Below, piece by piece: positions 24,289 through 33,823 of a stretch of 64,000 nt of DNA. Position 1 is the stretch's first letter. The number at the start of each line of letters is the position of its first letter. A program made the translations under genes and the position numbers. Source of the DNA: Thermoplasmata archaeon (GTDB taxonomy: Archaea; Thermoplasmatota; Thermoplasmata; Lutacidiplasmatales; UBA184); the NCBI GenBank assembly GCA_021827405.1, contig JAKAVY010000002.1, positions 12,464 to 76,463 on the forward strand, given 5' to 3'. The notes under the pieces are model-generated. The model ran no database searches. It saw nothing but the letters and a program-made list of their open reading frames with translations, and was not told the origin of the DNA.

Positions 24289-25440
24289 ATGCTCGTGGAC
24301 GGGATCGCCGAATCCCCCATCCTCTCCCTCATCGACCAGATCTTCCGGCTCCAGCAGCGCGGGGAAGACATCCTGGGCCTGCACATCGGCGAGCCGGACT
24401 TCGAGACCCCGCTTGGCATTCGCCAGGCCGCGTGCCAAGCCTTGGAGGAAGGGCGGACCCACTACACGTCCGCCCAAGGGCTGCCCGAACTCCGACGCGC
24501 CCTCGCTTCCCGGCTGAAGACCCACTTCCGGATCCCATCGACGCCCGAGAGCCTCGTCATCTTGCCCGCCAAGTTCGCGATCTATGCCACGCTGCTGGCC
24601 TGTGTCAACCCCGGGGACGACGTCCTCCTCCCGGATCCCACGTATCTGTTCGAACAGCCCGTCCAGCTCGCGGGGGCGCGGCCGGTCTACTTCCCGCTAC
24701 GGGAGGATTTCTCCTTGGACCTCCGGTCGCTCGAAGCGCAAGTGACCCCCCGGAGCCGGGCCCTCTTCCTGGTCACTCCCGCGAACCCTACTGGACGCGT
24801 GCTCCGACGGGAGGAAGTGGAAGAGGCGCTGGCTCTCGCCCAACGGCACCACCTGACGGTGGTCAGCGATGAGACGTACGCTTCCCTCCTCTACGAGGGG
24901 TCGCTGGTCTCCCCGGCCAGCTTGGCCCCGGAAGAGGTGCCGGTGGCCACCATCGGGAGCTTCTCGAAGGAGTTCGCCATGACCGGTTGGAGGATCGGGT
25001 TCGTGAATTCTCCTCCCGCCATCACCCAGAGGTTGGTGAAGGTCGTAGAGCACACCCTCACCTGCCTTCCCCCGTTCATCCAGCGCGCCGCGCTTTGGGC
25101 GCTGGAGCATGGAGGGGAGGACGCCGCTCGCTTCCGCGAGGCCTTCCGTCATCGCCGGGACCTTATCTGTGGGCTCCTGAAAGGGGCCCCGGGTCTTTCC
25201 TGCCCCCGGCCGGAAGGGGCGTTCTACCTCTTCCCCCGCTTCCGCGCCCCCCTGACCTCCGTTAAGTTCTCCTACGCGCTTCTCAAGGAGGAACGGGTGG
25301 CGGTGGTCCCGGGGGTCGCCTTTGGGCCGCGCGGGGAGCATCACGTTCGGATCTCGTACACGGCTCCCGATGACGTCCTCCGGGAGGGCGCGGCCCGGAT
25401 CCGGCGGTTCCTGGCCGTTCACCCCGAAAGCCCTGGCTGA
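24289..25440 (+). CDS. Class I/II pyridoxal-phosphate aminotransferase (aspartate/aromatic aminotransferase-like)
   Basis: LHIGEPDF, SFSKEFAMTGWRIGF (PLP-Lys region), and the C-terminal fold. Confidence 0.8.
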   Translation: MLVDGIAESPILSLIDQIFRLQQRGEDILGLHIGEPDFETPLGIRQAACQALEEGRTHYTSAQGLPELRRALASRLKTHFRIPSTPESLVILPAKFAIYATLLACVNPGDDVLLPDPTYLFEQPVQLAGARPVYFPLREDFSLDLRSLEAQVTPRSRALFLVTPANPTGRVLRREEVEEALALAQRHHLTVVSDETYASLLYEGSLVSPASLAPEEVPVATIGSFSKEFAMTGWRIGFVNSPPAITQRLVKVVEHTLTCLPPFIQRAALWALEHGGEDAARFREAFRHRRDLICGLLKGAPGLSCPRPEGAFYLFPRFRAPLTSVKFSYALLKEERVAVVPGVAFGPRGEHHVRISYTAPDDVLREGAARIRRFLAVHPESPG

Positions 25441-25494
25441 GCCTCGTCCGGGACGGGGTTCGGCCCTTATGTACGGTCGGGCCGTCGCCCGGCC

Positions 25495-26154
25495 GTGGTC
25501 CCCCCGTCCCGCGTCTACGACCTCACCGCCCTCCTGGAGACCCACATGCCGGTGTGGCCGACCTCGCCTCTCCCCGTGTTCGAACCGACCGCGCTGGTGT
25601 CCCGGGACGGGTACTCCATCGAACGGATCGCCTGCATGAGCCACACGGGGACCCACATGGACGCCCCGTACCACTTCCTCGAGGAGGGTCTGACGGTGGA
25701 CCGGATCCCTCCCGAGAGGCTCATCGGCTCGGCCGCCGTTCTGGACCTGAGGGAGGCTTTGGAAGGGACCCGGATCGAGCGGGCGGCTCTCCAGGCCCGC
25801 TGGCCGCGGTCGTTCCAACCCGACATCGCGCTGCTCGAGACCGGCTGGAGCCGGGCCCGGGCCTCGACCCGAAAGTACCTGTACGATTTCCCTGGCCTGA
25901 CCCCAGAAGCGGCCGCCTGGGCCGCCGACCAGGGGATCCACGGGATCGGGACCGACACATTGGGCATCGATCCCTTCGAGAACGATCGGTATGAGGCCCA
26001 CAAGGTCCTGCTCCAACGCGGGATCTGGGTCCTGGAGGCGCTCGACCACCTGGACGAGCTCCATGAAGGAACGCGCTACACCCTCGTCGCCGCTCCCCTG
26101 AAGATCTCGGGGGGTAGTGGAGCCATGGCCCGGGTCCTCGCCTGGGAAGCGTAG
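25495..26154 (+). CDS. Cyclase-family protein (kynurenine formamidase/arylformamidase-like)
   Basis: HTGTHMDAPYHF metal-binding motif. Confidence 0.75.
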   Translation: MVPPSRVYDLTALLETHMPVWPTSPLPVFEPTALVSRDGYSIERIACMSHTGTHMDAPYHFLEEGLTVDRIPPERLIGSAAVLDLREALEGTRIERAALQARWPRSFQPDIALLETGWSRARASTRKYLYDFPGLTPEAAAWAADQGIHGIGTDTLGIDPFENDRYEAHKVLLQRGIWVLEALDHLDELHEGTRYTLVAAPLKISGGSGAMARVLAWEA

Positions 26155-26161
26155 GAACCGT

Positions 26162-26956
26162 ATGACCGTGACCACGGGCCTGAAGGGCGCCCGGGTCCTG
26201 ATCACCGCTGCGAGCCGAGGCATCGGCTTCGGGGCTGCCAGCGCATTCCTTCAGGAAGGGGCCCGGGTGGTCGTCAATTCCTCCCATGCCGACCGATTGA
26301 AGCAGGCCCTAGAGACCTTGCGCCCTTTCGGCGAGGTCTCGGGGGTCGTCGCCGACCTTTCCCGACAGGGGGATCTGGACCTCCTGGTGCGGGAGACCCG
26401 TGAGCGCCTTGGGGGCCTGGACACCCTCGTCTACGTCACCGGGTCTCCCCGGCCAGGGACCTTTCTCGAACAGGACTACTCCGACTGGAGCGCGGCGGCG
26501 AACCTCCTGGTGGTGAGTCCCGCCTACCTCGCCCGGCGCGCCGCGGAGCTGATGATCGAGACCTCCCCGGCGGCCCGGCAGGTCTTCCTGGCCTCGGTGG
26601 CCATCCGGGAACCTCTTCCGAACCTGGCCACCTCCAGTGTCTGTCGGATCGCGGTGGCCGGCCTGGTCCGGACCCTGGCCCGGGAGCTGGGCCCCCGCGG
26701 GGTCCGCGTGAACGGGATCCTTCCCGGGTACATCCGGACGGAAAGGATAGGCGAGGTGGCCCGGGACCAGGCGCGGCGGCACGGGACCCTTGTCGCCGAG
26801 GAGATCTCGTCGCTGGAAAGACAGATCCCCCTCGGGCGTCTGGGCACCCCGGACGAACTGGCCCGGACGATCCTCTTTCTGGGCAGCGACCTGTCCGCGT
26901 ACGTCACCGGGGCGATGGTGCCCGTCGACGGCGGGCTACTTCGGTCGGTCGGCTAG
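26162..26956 (+). CDS. SDR-family oxidoreductase
   Basis: TGASRGIG-type Rossmann motif (ITAASRGIGFGAA), plus Y-x3-K region. Confidence 0.8.
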   Translation: MTVTTGLKGARVLITAASRGIGFGAASAFLQEGARVVVNSSHADRLKQALETLRPFGEVSGVVADLSRQGDLDLLVRETRERLGGLDTLVYVTGSPRPGTFLEQDYSDWSAAANLLVVSPAYLARRAAELMIETSPAARQVFLASVAIREPLPNLATSSVCRIAVAGLVRTLARELGPRGVRVNGILPGYIRTERIGEVARDQARRHGTLVAEEISSLERQIPLGRLGTPDELARTILFLGSDLSAYVTGAMVPVDGGLLRSVG

Positions 26957-27321
26957 GGCCGGCGGGGGGGCGTCGCTTCCGGCAAGAAGTCTTCCCGCTC
27001 GGGCACGAAGACATCCAGGATGACGCTGGGGCCGGACGCGTCGGTCACCAGTTCATGAGGGACCCCTCCCGGGATCGAGTAGGCGGAGCCGGGGCGGAGG
27101 GTCCAAAGCTCACCGGCTACCCGAAACTCTCCCCCGCCCTCCAAGACCGTCCCCGCCTGCAAATGCGGGTGCGTGTGCATGGGGAACCGGGAGCTCGGGG
27201 CGATCCGGTAGAGCACCATCATCACACCCCCTCCATGCGTCAAGATCCGACGCTTAACCCCCGGAAGGACCTCATGCCAGGCGGAGGGGGAATCCTCCCA
27301 AAGGGGCATGTTCCCCGTCAC
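26953..27321 (-). CDS. Cupin-domain protein
   Basis: Cupin motifs HTHPHLQAGTVLEGGG...PGGVPHE. Confidence 0.6.
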   Translation of the reverse strand: MTGNMPLWEDSPSAWHEVLPGVKRRILTHGGGVMMVLYRIAPSSRFPMHTHPHLQAGTVLEGGGEFRVAGELWTLRPGSAYSIPGGVPHELVTDASGPSVILDVFVPEREDFLPEATPPRRP

Positions 27322-27661
27322 ACCCGTCCGTTATTTGAGCCTCTGCTCGGAGACCCGGTCGCGTCGGGCCCCTCCCAGCCGCGTTCCCGGTGAGAGCCAG
27401 CAGGGCGGGCTCCGCCATATGGCGAGGCGCTACAGCCGCCCGGCGGTCTTGGGTCTTCGGATGGGGGCCAGGGACGGACTCCTCCAACACCCGCATCCTT
27501 GACGGACCCTACCCCCGGACCCAACTCCGATGGCCAATCCGGCCCCTTGGTCCCTTCGGCCTCACCGAGGGGACAACCCCCCACGGGTCGGACACGATCG
27601 GCACCGCCACGCCAGGGTGCCAACGCTTTACTGGTGCCGGGGCTCTCGGGACTTGGAGCCC

Positions 27662-29044
27662 ATGGACCCTCTCCCCGCCAGACCCTACTTCCTTCCGGGG
27701 GGTTTCCCCTCCCCGGAGGAGGCCTTGTCCCCGGGAGCCGAGGAGGGAAACGACCCCCGGCCGGGCCCCCGCCTCCGGCCGCTGGACATCTCCGAGTTCG
27801 GGACCTTCAAGGACAGCAAGGCCGCTCCCATCCACGGCTGGTTCCAATATCCTGCCGGATTCAGCTACCGGGCGGTCGAGTTCGCCTTGGATTGGAACCG
27901 GCTCGGGAGGGGGGACCGGGTGCTCGACCCTTTCACCGGGACCGGGACGACTCAGGTGGTCTGCAAGGGGCGGGGGATCCCTAGCGCGGGGACGGAGGCG
28001 CATCCCTTCGTCGCCCGGATCGCCCGGACCAAAGTGTTCTGGGACTACGACTATGCGGAACTCCAGGAGGCCGTAGGGCGCTTCCAGGCCCACCTCCGCT
28101 CCAGCCGGGAGGAGGCCCGGCACGCCGCCGAGGAATCGGTCCCGCCCCTCCTGGGAAAGTGCTTCAGTCCCTCCAACCTCCGGGGACTCCTCTACGCCAA
28201 GCAGGAGATCCATCGCCGGGCGCCACCTCCGTTCCGGGACCTCTTTGAGGTCGCCCTCATCGGCGCCCTCCGGCAGGCGTCCGGGGCCGCTACGGGCTGG
28301 CCCTACATCTCCCCACGAAAGAGGATCACGGAGAAGGACGGGATCGACACCTTCCTCTCCCAGCTCGACCGATGCGTCCGAGACCTTGGGGGAACCCCCC
28401 CGCGCTTCCGACGGACCCCGGCGGAGGTCGTGGAGGGGGATTGCCGCCAGAGTCCCTTCCAAGACGCCTCCTTCACGTTCGCCTTCACCTCGCCCCCGTA
28501 CCTGAACAACTACGACTACGCGGACCGCACTCGGCTCGAGGGGTACTTCACCGGCTTCGCCCGGAGCTGGGGGGAGATCAGCCAGAAGGTCCGGGAGAAG
28601 CTGGTCATGTCCGCCACCACCCAGGTCCTGCGCTCTCGCTTCCGGACCACGGATATCCTGGAACCCGCGGTCTGGGACGCCTCCCCCGCGGTCGCTGAGG
28701 AGATCCAGCGGAAGGTCGACCTGCTCACCGAGCGACGTTGGGAGAAGGGCGGCAGGAAGAGCTACGACGTGCTCGTAGGGCAGTACTTCAATGACCTCAC
28801 CCGTTCGCTTAAGGAGGCGGCCCGTCTCCTGAGGCGGGGTTCCCGCTACATGCTCATCTTGGGGGATTCCGCTCCCTACGGGGTCCATGTCCCGACGGAA
28901 GCCTATCTGGGCAGGATCGCCTGCGGGCTGGGTTTCCAGAGCTATCGGTTGTTCCCGCTTCGTTCACGGGGAGACAAGTGGCGGTCGAACCCCCAGCGCC
29001 ACCAGGTCCCTCTGAAGGAGTCCCTGCTCGTTCTGGAACGCTGA
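27662..29044 (+). CDS. Amino-group (N4-cytosine/N6-adenine type) DNA methyltransferase, orphan
   Basis: Motif I VLDPFTGTGTT...GRGIPSAGTE, then about 230 aa later motif IV FTSPPYLNNYDY. Start chosen at the internal ATG (MDPLPARPYF). Confidence 0.5.
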   Translation: MDPLPARPYFLPGGFPSPEEALSPGAEEGNDPRPGPRLRPLDISEFGTFKDSKAAPIHGWFQYPAGFSYRAVEFALDWNRLGRGDRVLDPFTGTGTTQVVCKGRGIPSAGTEAHPFVARIARTKVFWDYDYAELQEAVGRFQAHLRSSREEARHAAEESVPPLLGKCFSPSNLRGLLYAKQEIHRRAPPPFRDLFEVALIGALRQASGAATGWPYISPRKRITEKDGIDTFLSQLDRCVRDLGGTPPRFRRTPAEVVEGDCRQSPFQDASFTFAFTSPPYLNNYDYADRTRLEGYFTGFARSWGEISQKVREKLVMSATTQVLRSRFRTTDILEPAVWDASPAVAEEIQRKVDLLTERRWEKGGRKSYDVLVGQYFNDLTRSLKEAARLLRRGSRYMLILGDSAPYGVHVPTEAYLGRIACGLGFQSYRLFPLRSRGDKWRSNPQRHQVPLKESLLVLER

Positions 29045-29078
29045 GACCGCGGAGACGCCTCCTCCTCTCCCTTGGCGG

Positions 29079-29540
29079 TCAGTCCTTCCCGCGGCCCCCT
29101 CTCAGGTCCTTCTCCAGGCGCCGGGCTTCGCGTTCCACGCGCTGCGCAGCCTCGTGCCAGGTCCGCGCCACGATCGGTCCCAGGGAGAAGACCACGGTGG
29201 TGATCACCGAACCGACCGAAACGAAGGCCATCACCGAGGCGTAGATCTTCGACGTGTCCGTGGTCAGCGGGAACGGCGGGCCCTGGCCGGTGGCCAACAT
29301 GCTCTCGAAGTAGAAGGCGTCCACCCAGTCGAGCCCGGCCGTCAAGCGAAACCCCACCGTCCCTACCACCAGAACGGCCGCGAGGAGGCTCAGGGCATAG
29401 ACCGCCCTCCGACGCGAGACCCGGGGAAGGTTGTCCAAAGGAACTCCCGGTGCGGGAGGGGTGGCTGGGGTCGCCGACCCGTTCACCCCGGGGAAGCCCG
29501 TGGACATGGGTCTCATGGGGGCACACCCCCCCTTCCCCAT
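29079..29540 (-). CDS. Small 2-TM pore-loop ion-channel-like protein with non-canonical filter
   Basis: TM1 AVYALSLLAAVLVVGTVGF, pore helix/filter DAFYFESMLATGQGPPFP (cf. K+ channel TxGYGD), TM2 IYASVMAFVSVGSVITTVVF. Confidence 0.5.
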   Translation of the reverse strand: MGKGGCAPMRPMSTGFPGVNGSATPATPPAPGVPLDNLPRVSRRRAVYALSLLAAVLVVGTVGFRLTAGLDWVDAFYFESMLATGQGPPFPLTTDTSKIYASVMAFVSVGSVITTVVFSLGPIVARTWHEAAQRVEREARRLEKDLRGGRGKD

Positions 29541-29705
29541 CTACCTTTGCGCGCGCCGCGGGCCTCCCGGACGGCCGGGCCGGACGGCCTCCTTGAAGGT
29601 CGCCCGCTCCCGAGGGACCCCCCGTGGACCCGGGGGGTCATCGGAATCGCGGACTTCCGCGACCCATGGTCAAGTCCCCGCGCCGGCGCGAATCCCCGGG
29701 GATCC

Positions 29706-30068
29706 TTACGGAGGGGGCCAAGAAGGGGAATCTGGCCGACCAGGACCCCCCCTCCGCCGTCGGCGCGGTGCGCTCCTCCGGGCAGGGACCCAGCCGTGGA
29801 GGTCCATGCGCACCCTTCCCCCGCGGAAAGTCACCCCTTCGATCTGAAGGCGGAGACGCTGCTCCAGCCCTTCTTCCCCTCGGAGCGAGATCCGACCTCC
29901 GGCCCCCACGACCCGGTGCCAGGGCAGTCCTCGCCCCTGGTGGAGCGCCCACACGGTCAAACGCGCGGCCCCCGGCAAACCTCCCGCCTCGGCGACCTGC
30001 CCGTAGGTGAGGACCTTCCCCCGCGGAATGCTCGAGATAACCTGTTGGAGCCTCCCCAACCGGGACAT
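29706..30068 (-). CDS. Alkyltransferase-like protein (ATL; MGMT-fold without the active-site Cys)
   Basis: YGQVAEAGGLPGAARLTVWALHQGRGLPWHRVV. The PCHRV active site of Ogt/MGMT is replaced by PWHRV, as in ATL proteins. Confidence 0.7.
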   Translation of the reverse strand: MSRLGRLQQVISSIPRGKVLTYGQVAEAGGLPGAARLTVWALHQGRGLPWHRVVGAGGRISLRGEEGLEQRLRLQIEGVTFRGGRVRMDLHGWVPARRSAPRRRRRGGPGRPDSPSWPPP

Positions 30069-30217
30069 GAACGCCCCCCGTCTCGGAGGGAGCCTCGAAG
30101 GTCTATGACGGTCGCCCTGGCGCTCCCGGCAGGGACCTCGCCGCCTCGCGCTCCTCCGGGAAGACGAGGCCGAGGACCTTGTCGTAAGGGATAGAACGCC
30201 GACCCCTGAAGAAAAGA

Positions 30218-30290
30218 AGCCGCGGGAGGGAATCGAACCCTCGACCTACTCCTTACCAAGGAGTCGCTCTACCGACTGAGCCACCGCGGC
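30218..30290 (-). tRNA. tRNA-Thr (anticodon GGU), no encoded CCA
   Basis: Reverse complement GCCGCGGTGGCTCAGTCGGTAGAGCGACTCCTTGGTAAGGAGTAGGTCGAGGGTTCGATTCCCTCCCGCGGCT. Cloverleaf with 7-bp acceptor stem, GGT anticodon in loop TTGGTAA, T-loop GGTTCGATTCC. Confidence 0.85.
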
Positions 30291-30403
30291 ACGCGTTCCG
30301 GGGGGCCGTACGGCGACGGGGTAATAGCCTTGCCTGAGACCCACCTCCGTTTCCCCCCGGTCCCCCCTCCTCGGGACGAGGACGACGGCGGTGGGTTTCT
30401 GGT

Positions 30404-31471
30404 TCAGGGTGGGGACCCGCGGGCGTCCCCTTCGGCGGTCCGCTTCCCTCGGTGGGCCAAACTGCCGCCCGGAGCTCCGGGGCCTCCATAGTAGTCTCCC
30501 CAGCGGGCCAGTGCCGGGTCGGGCCCGGACCCCCCTTCCTGGAGGTCCAACCGGGCGAGGTCCAGGGCCCGTTCGAGAGGGTTTCCCGGACGGACCCAGG
30601 GGAAGGCCGAGAGCGCGAAAAGGTCCCCGGCCCCGCGCGACAAGGGGCGAGGCTCCCGCTTCTCCAGGAAGGCCCCCATGCCCTCCCTCTGACCCTCCGA
30701 TTCGAACAGCATCCCCCAGAGGTCCCGTTCGTACTGCAATCCCTCCAGCCGGGCCTCGTCCGCCGCATGGCTCACCGCATACTTTGCCGCCGCCAAGGCC
30801 TCGGGGGGTTTGGCTGCCAAGGTCTGCGCCAAGGTGATGGCGGATTCCAGCAGTTGGTCCGGGGGGAGGAGCCGGGTGACCAACCCCGCCTCGAAAGCCT
30901 CCCGGGCCGTCTTCCGCGCCCCGGTGAGGATCCATTCCCTCGCCCGGGTCACCCCGAGGATCCGGGTCAGCCTCCGGGTCCCCCCCCACCCCGGGATGAT
31001 CCCGAGATTGATCTCCGGTTGCCCGAAGACCGCCTCCTCGCTCGCGAGGACGAAGTCACAGGCCTCGGCCAGTTCCGAGCCTCCGCCCAGGCAGGCCCCG
31101 TGAACCGCGGCGACGACCGGCAAGGGCATCCATTCGATCAAGTTCGTGACCGCTTGGCCCTTGAGCGAATGCAGTCGGGCCGTTTCGTGGGAAAGGGGGG
31201 CCATCTCCTTGATGTCGGCCCCGCCGGAAAAGGCTCGCTGTCCGACTCCGGTGAGGACCAACGCCCTCGCCGTGCCCTCCTCGAGGAGGTCCGCCAAGGC
31301 CTTGGCCAGGTCGCTCAGCAGGGCGCTGGAGAGGATGTTCAGCGGAGGATGGGAGAGGTAGACGACCGCCACCGGCCCTTGGCGCTGCACCCGGACCAGG
31401 GACTGGCGGCCGGCCGCTCCTCCCGACACAGGGGAAGGGCCGGGCGAAGGGGCGGAGCTGGGCCCCGGCAT
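30404..31471 (-). CDS. Enoyl-CoA hydratase/isomerase (crotonase) family protein with about 90-aa C-terminal extension
   Basis: ALVLTGVGQRAFSGGADIKE and GGGSELAEACDFVLASEEAVFGQPEINLGIIPGWGGT are crotonase signatures. Start chosen at the internal Met. Confidence 0.75.
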   Translation of the reverse strand: MPGPSSAPSPGPSPVSGGAAGRQSLVRVQRQGPVAVVYLSHPPLNILSSALLSDLAKALADLLEEGTARALVLTGVGQRAFSGGADIKEMAPLSHETARLHSLKGQAVTNLIEWMPLPVVAAVHGACLGGGSELAEACDFVLASEEAVFGQPEINLGIIPGWGGTRRLTRILGVTRAREWILTGARKTAREAFEAGLVTRLLPPDQLLESAITLAQTLAAKPPEALAAAKYAVSHAADEARLEGLQYERDLWGMLFESEGQREGMGAFLEKREPRPLSRGAGDLFALSAFPWVRPGNPLERALDLARLDLQEGGSGPDPALARWGDYYGGPGAPGGSLAHRGKRTAEGDARGSPP

Positions 31472-31733
31472 CCTCAGTCCCCCGGAGGGGATGGGAGCCC
31501 CCGGCCTGCGAGCTCCCCGACCCGTCGGCCGATGTTCCCTCGCTCTCCGTTGCCATACTCCCGGTCCCCGCCGTGCGCCATCCTGAATCCCGTTCGACTT
31601 CATCCTGCCCGGCTATTTCCCCCTTCTTTCCCGAGGGCGGGTCCGAGCGCCTTCCGGGAGGCTCGACCCCCGTCCCCAGGCACACGAATCCGAGGAAGGA
31701 TAGCCTGATAGGGGGCAGGGACCTCCTCCGATC

Positions 31734-32099
31734 ATGGCCGCGTCGCGGGAAGCCCAGACCTTGACCCGGCTGCTCGGCGGATTGAAAGGGGGTTCCCTCG
31801 CCATGGAGGTCTCCGGGGCCCCGCTTCTCATGCTCGACGCGAACGCAAGGGAGGTCCAGTTCGACCTGGACCCCCTTTTGCCCCGCCAGGGCGAGCTACG
31901 GGGCCTGCTCCACGAGGAGAAGGTGAGCCTGTGGAAGAACCTGGGGGTCCCGGGGGACCTCGCCAGGATGGGCTGGCGGGTCCGGCTGCGGCTCGAGCAG
32001 GAGGACGTGCTCGCTCTGGGCCGCGGGACGAACCCTCTCTTAGGGCACGTCCACCTTTCGCGAGGGAGCTTGAAGCTCCTGCGGAAGGAGCTTCACTGA
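31734..32099 (+). CDS. Hypothetical protein
   Basis: 121-aa ORF in a gap not explained by other genes. No motif. Confidence 0.3.
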   Translation: MAASREAQTLTRLLGGLKGGSLAMEVSGAPLLMLDANAREVQFDLDPLLPRQGELRGLLHEEKVSLWKNLGVPGDLARMGWRVRLRLEQEDVLALGRGTNPLLGHVHLSRGSLKLLRKELH

Positions 32100-32326
32100 C
32101 GGATCGCCGCGATATTGCTCGCCACGTGCGCTTCCTTCTCCGGGGCCGTGAGGTCGCGCATGTGGACGGCTATCGTGATCGTCCCGGATACCTTGACCCC
32201 CATGCGGGAGCCGCCCAGGTTCATCGTCAGGTCCTGGAGCCGGATGTCCACCTGGCTGTGCTTGTCCGATAGCGCCTCGATCAGTCCCTCGACCAGCCCC
32301 TTGCTCACGTCCTCGGATTCGTCCAT
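32093..32326 (-). CDS. Small hypothetical protein (possible amphi-Trp-like fold)
   Basis: 78 aa from the internal Met (MDESEDVSKGLVEGLIEAL...). The upstream part of the track ORF is Arg-rich junk. Confidence 0.3.
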   Translation of the reverse strand: MDESEDVSKGLVEGLIEALSDKHSQVDIRLQDLTMNLGGSRMGVKVSGTITIAVHMRDLTAPEKEAHVASNIAAIRQ

Positions 32327-32458
32327 GGGAATACCTCCCTCGGCACCGCGGCGCAGCGGATTAACCCTCGGGCGAACGTCCCTCTGCCCCGAACGCCGCT
32401 TTGGCTCGGCCCCTCGAGGCATTCCCAGAGGGGGTTGGCCAACGCGTCGCCTGACCGG

Positions 32459-32998
32459 TCAGGGCTTGTGCCCGCGGGCTCGCCGAACCGGTCGTGCCGG
32501 GGGACGGTTCAGGATCCAGACCATCTGGGGCGGCTTCCGGTCCATCTGCCAGAACAGGGCGATGATCTCCCCCAGGTGATGCGCCTCCTCAAAGGTCGTC
32601 TGCCAGAGGGCGTCCTCCACCGTGTAGTACCCCGGCATCCAGGGCGCTCGCACCCGGCGCTGAAGTTCCTCGTCGGTGAGGTCCCGGAGGGTCTTCGTCA
32701 CCATCTTCCAGACCCGGGCCGACTCCCGGCGGACGGCCGCATGGGTGTGAGGGGGAGGCTCCGCGCTCCGGGCCTGCCGGAGGGCCTGGAGCTCCCGAGC
32801 CCGGTCGTGGAGGATGTAGCCCAGCCACCCCTCGTACACCCCGAGGATGTGCAGCAAGGTCCCCGTCAAGGACTCGTGCCCCGCCCCCCGGGGCCGGGAC
32901 GCCTCCTCCCAGGGCAGTTCCCCCACCGCCTTCAGGAAACGCTCGAAGACCCGGTGATTGTAGGCGAAGAGCCTCCGGTAGTCCTCGACGTCGGCCAT
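32459..32998 (-). CDS. DinB/YfiT-family (DinB_2) metal-dependent four-helix-bundle protein
   Basis: HILGVYEGW ... EEAHHLGEI histidine triad pattern. Confidence 0.65.
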   Translation of the reverse strand: MADVEDYRRLFAYNHRVFERFLKAVGELPWEEASRPRGAGHESLTGTLLHILGVYEGWLGYILHDRARELQALRQARSAEPPPHTHAAVRRESARVWKMVTKTLRDLTDEELQRRVRAPWMPGYYTVEDALWQTTFEEAHHLGEIIALFWQMDRKPPQMVWILNRPPARPVRRARGHKP

Positions 32999-33818
32999 GT
33001 CGGAAAGTCACTCCGCCCGGGAGATAAGCGCTCCGGGCACCCTCAAGAGGGTGGCCGGGCTTCCGGGCCCCGTGAGCTCGGAGGTGACCCATTCCCTCAT
33101 CACCGGGGCCGGTAGCGGGATCGGGCTCGCCACGGCCCGACGGTTCTCCCAGCGGGGGGACGCCCTGGGGCTCCATGCCTTGTCCCACGCTTCCGAGGTC
33201 CAGGCGCTCGCCGAGGCCCATCGCCACGCGGGGGGCGAAGCGTGCACCTTCCGCGCGGACCTCTCCCGGCCCGCCGAGGTAGAGGCCTTCGCCGCAGGGG
33301 CCCTCCGTTCCTTTCCTTGCCTCGACGTCCTCGTCTTGAACGCCGGGGCGTACCCTCGCCGGAGGTTCCGGGAGATCTCCCGGGAGCAGTTCGAGGAGAC
33401 CCTGCGACTGAACCTCCTCGCACCCTTCCAGATCGTCCAACGCCTCTTGGAACCGCTCGAACGTAGCCCCTCCGGGGCCCGGATCGTGTTCGTCGCCAGC
33501 GTGCTCGCCTTCAACGGCTCCGATCACGGGGCGGACTACGCGGCGAGCAAGGCCGCCCTCCTGGGCCTCACCCGCTCCCTGGCCCGGGAGCTCGCTCCCC
33601 GGATCCGGGTGAACACCGTCGCCCCCGGGTCCATCGACACGGCCATCCTCGCCCAGGACACCCCCGAGCGGCGCTCCCGCCGCGAGGGTGCGATCCCCCT
33701 GCGCCGGGTCGGCCGACCCGAAGAGGTCGCGGCGGTGATCGACTTCCTCACCCGCGAGGACTCCAGCTATCTCACCGGGACCACCGTGCACGTCAACGGT
33801 GGCCTCAGGATGGACTGA
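32997..33818 (+). CDS. SDR-family oxidoreductase (FabG-like)
   Basis: ITGAGSGIGLATA Rossmann motif, NAG...YAASKAAL catalytic Y-x3-K, C-terminal GTTVHVNGG. Confidence 0.8.
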   Translation: MSESHSAREISAPGTLKRVAGLPGPVSSEVTHSLITGAGSGIGLATARRFSQRGDALGLHALSHASEVQALAEAHRHAGGEACTFRADLSRPAEVEAFAAGALRSFPCLDVLVLNAGAYPRRRFREISREQFEETLRLNLLAPFQIVQRLLEPLERSPSGARIVFVASVLAFNGSDHGADYAASKAALLGLTRSLARELAPRIRVNTVAPGSIDTAILAQDTPERRSRREGAIPLRRVGRPEEVAAVIDFLTREDSSYLTGTTVHVNGGLRMD

Positions 33819-33823
33819 TCCCC

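Noticed and set aside
24697-26223. 508-aa minus-strand ORF
   Set aside because: Antisense of the aminotransferase and cyclase genes; no motif, Gly/Arg/Pro rich.
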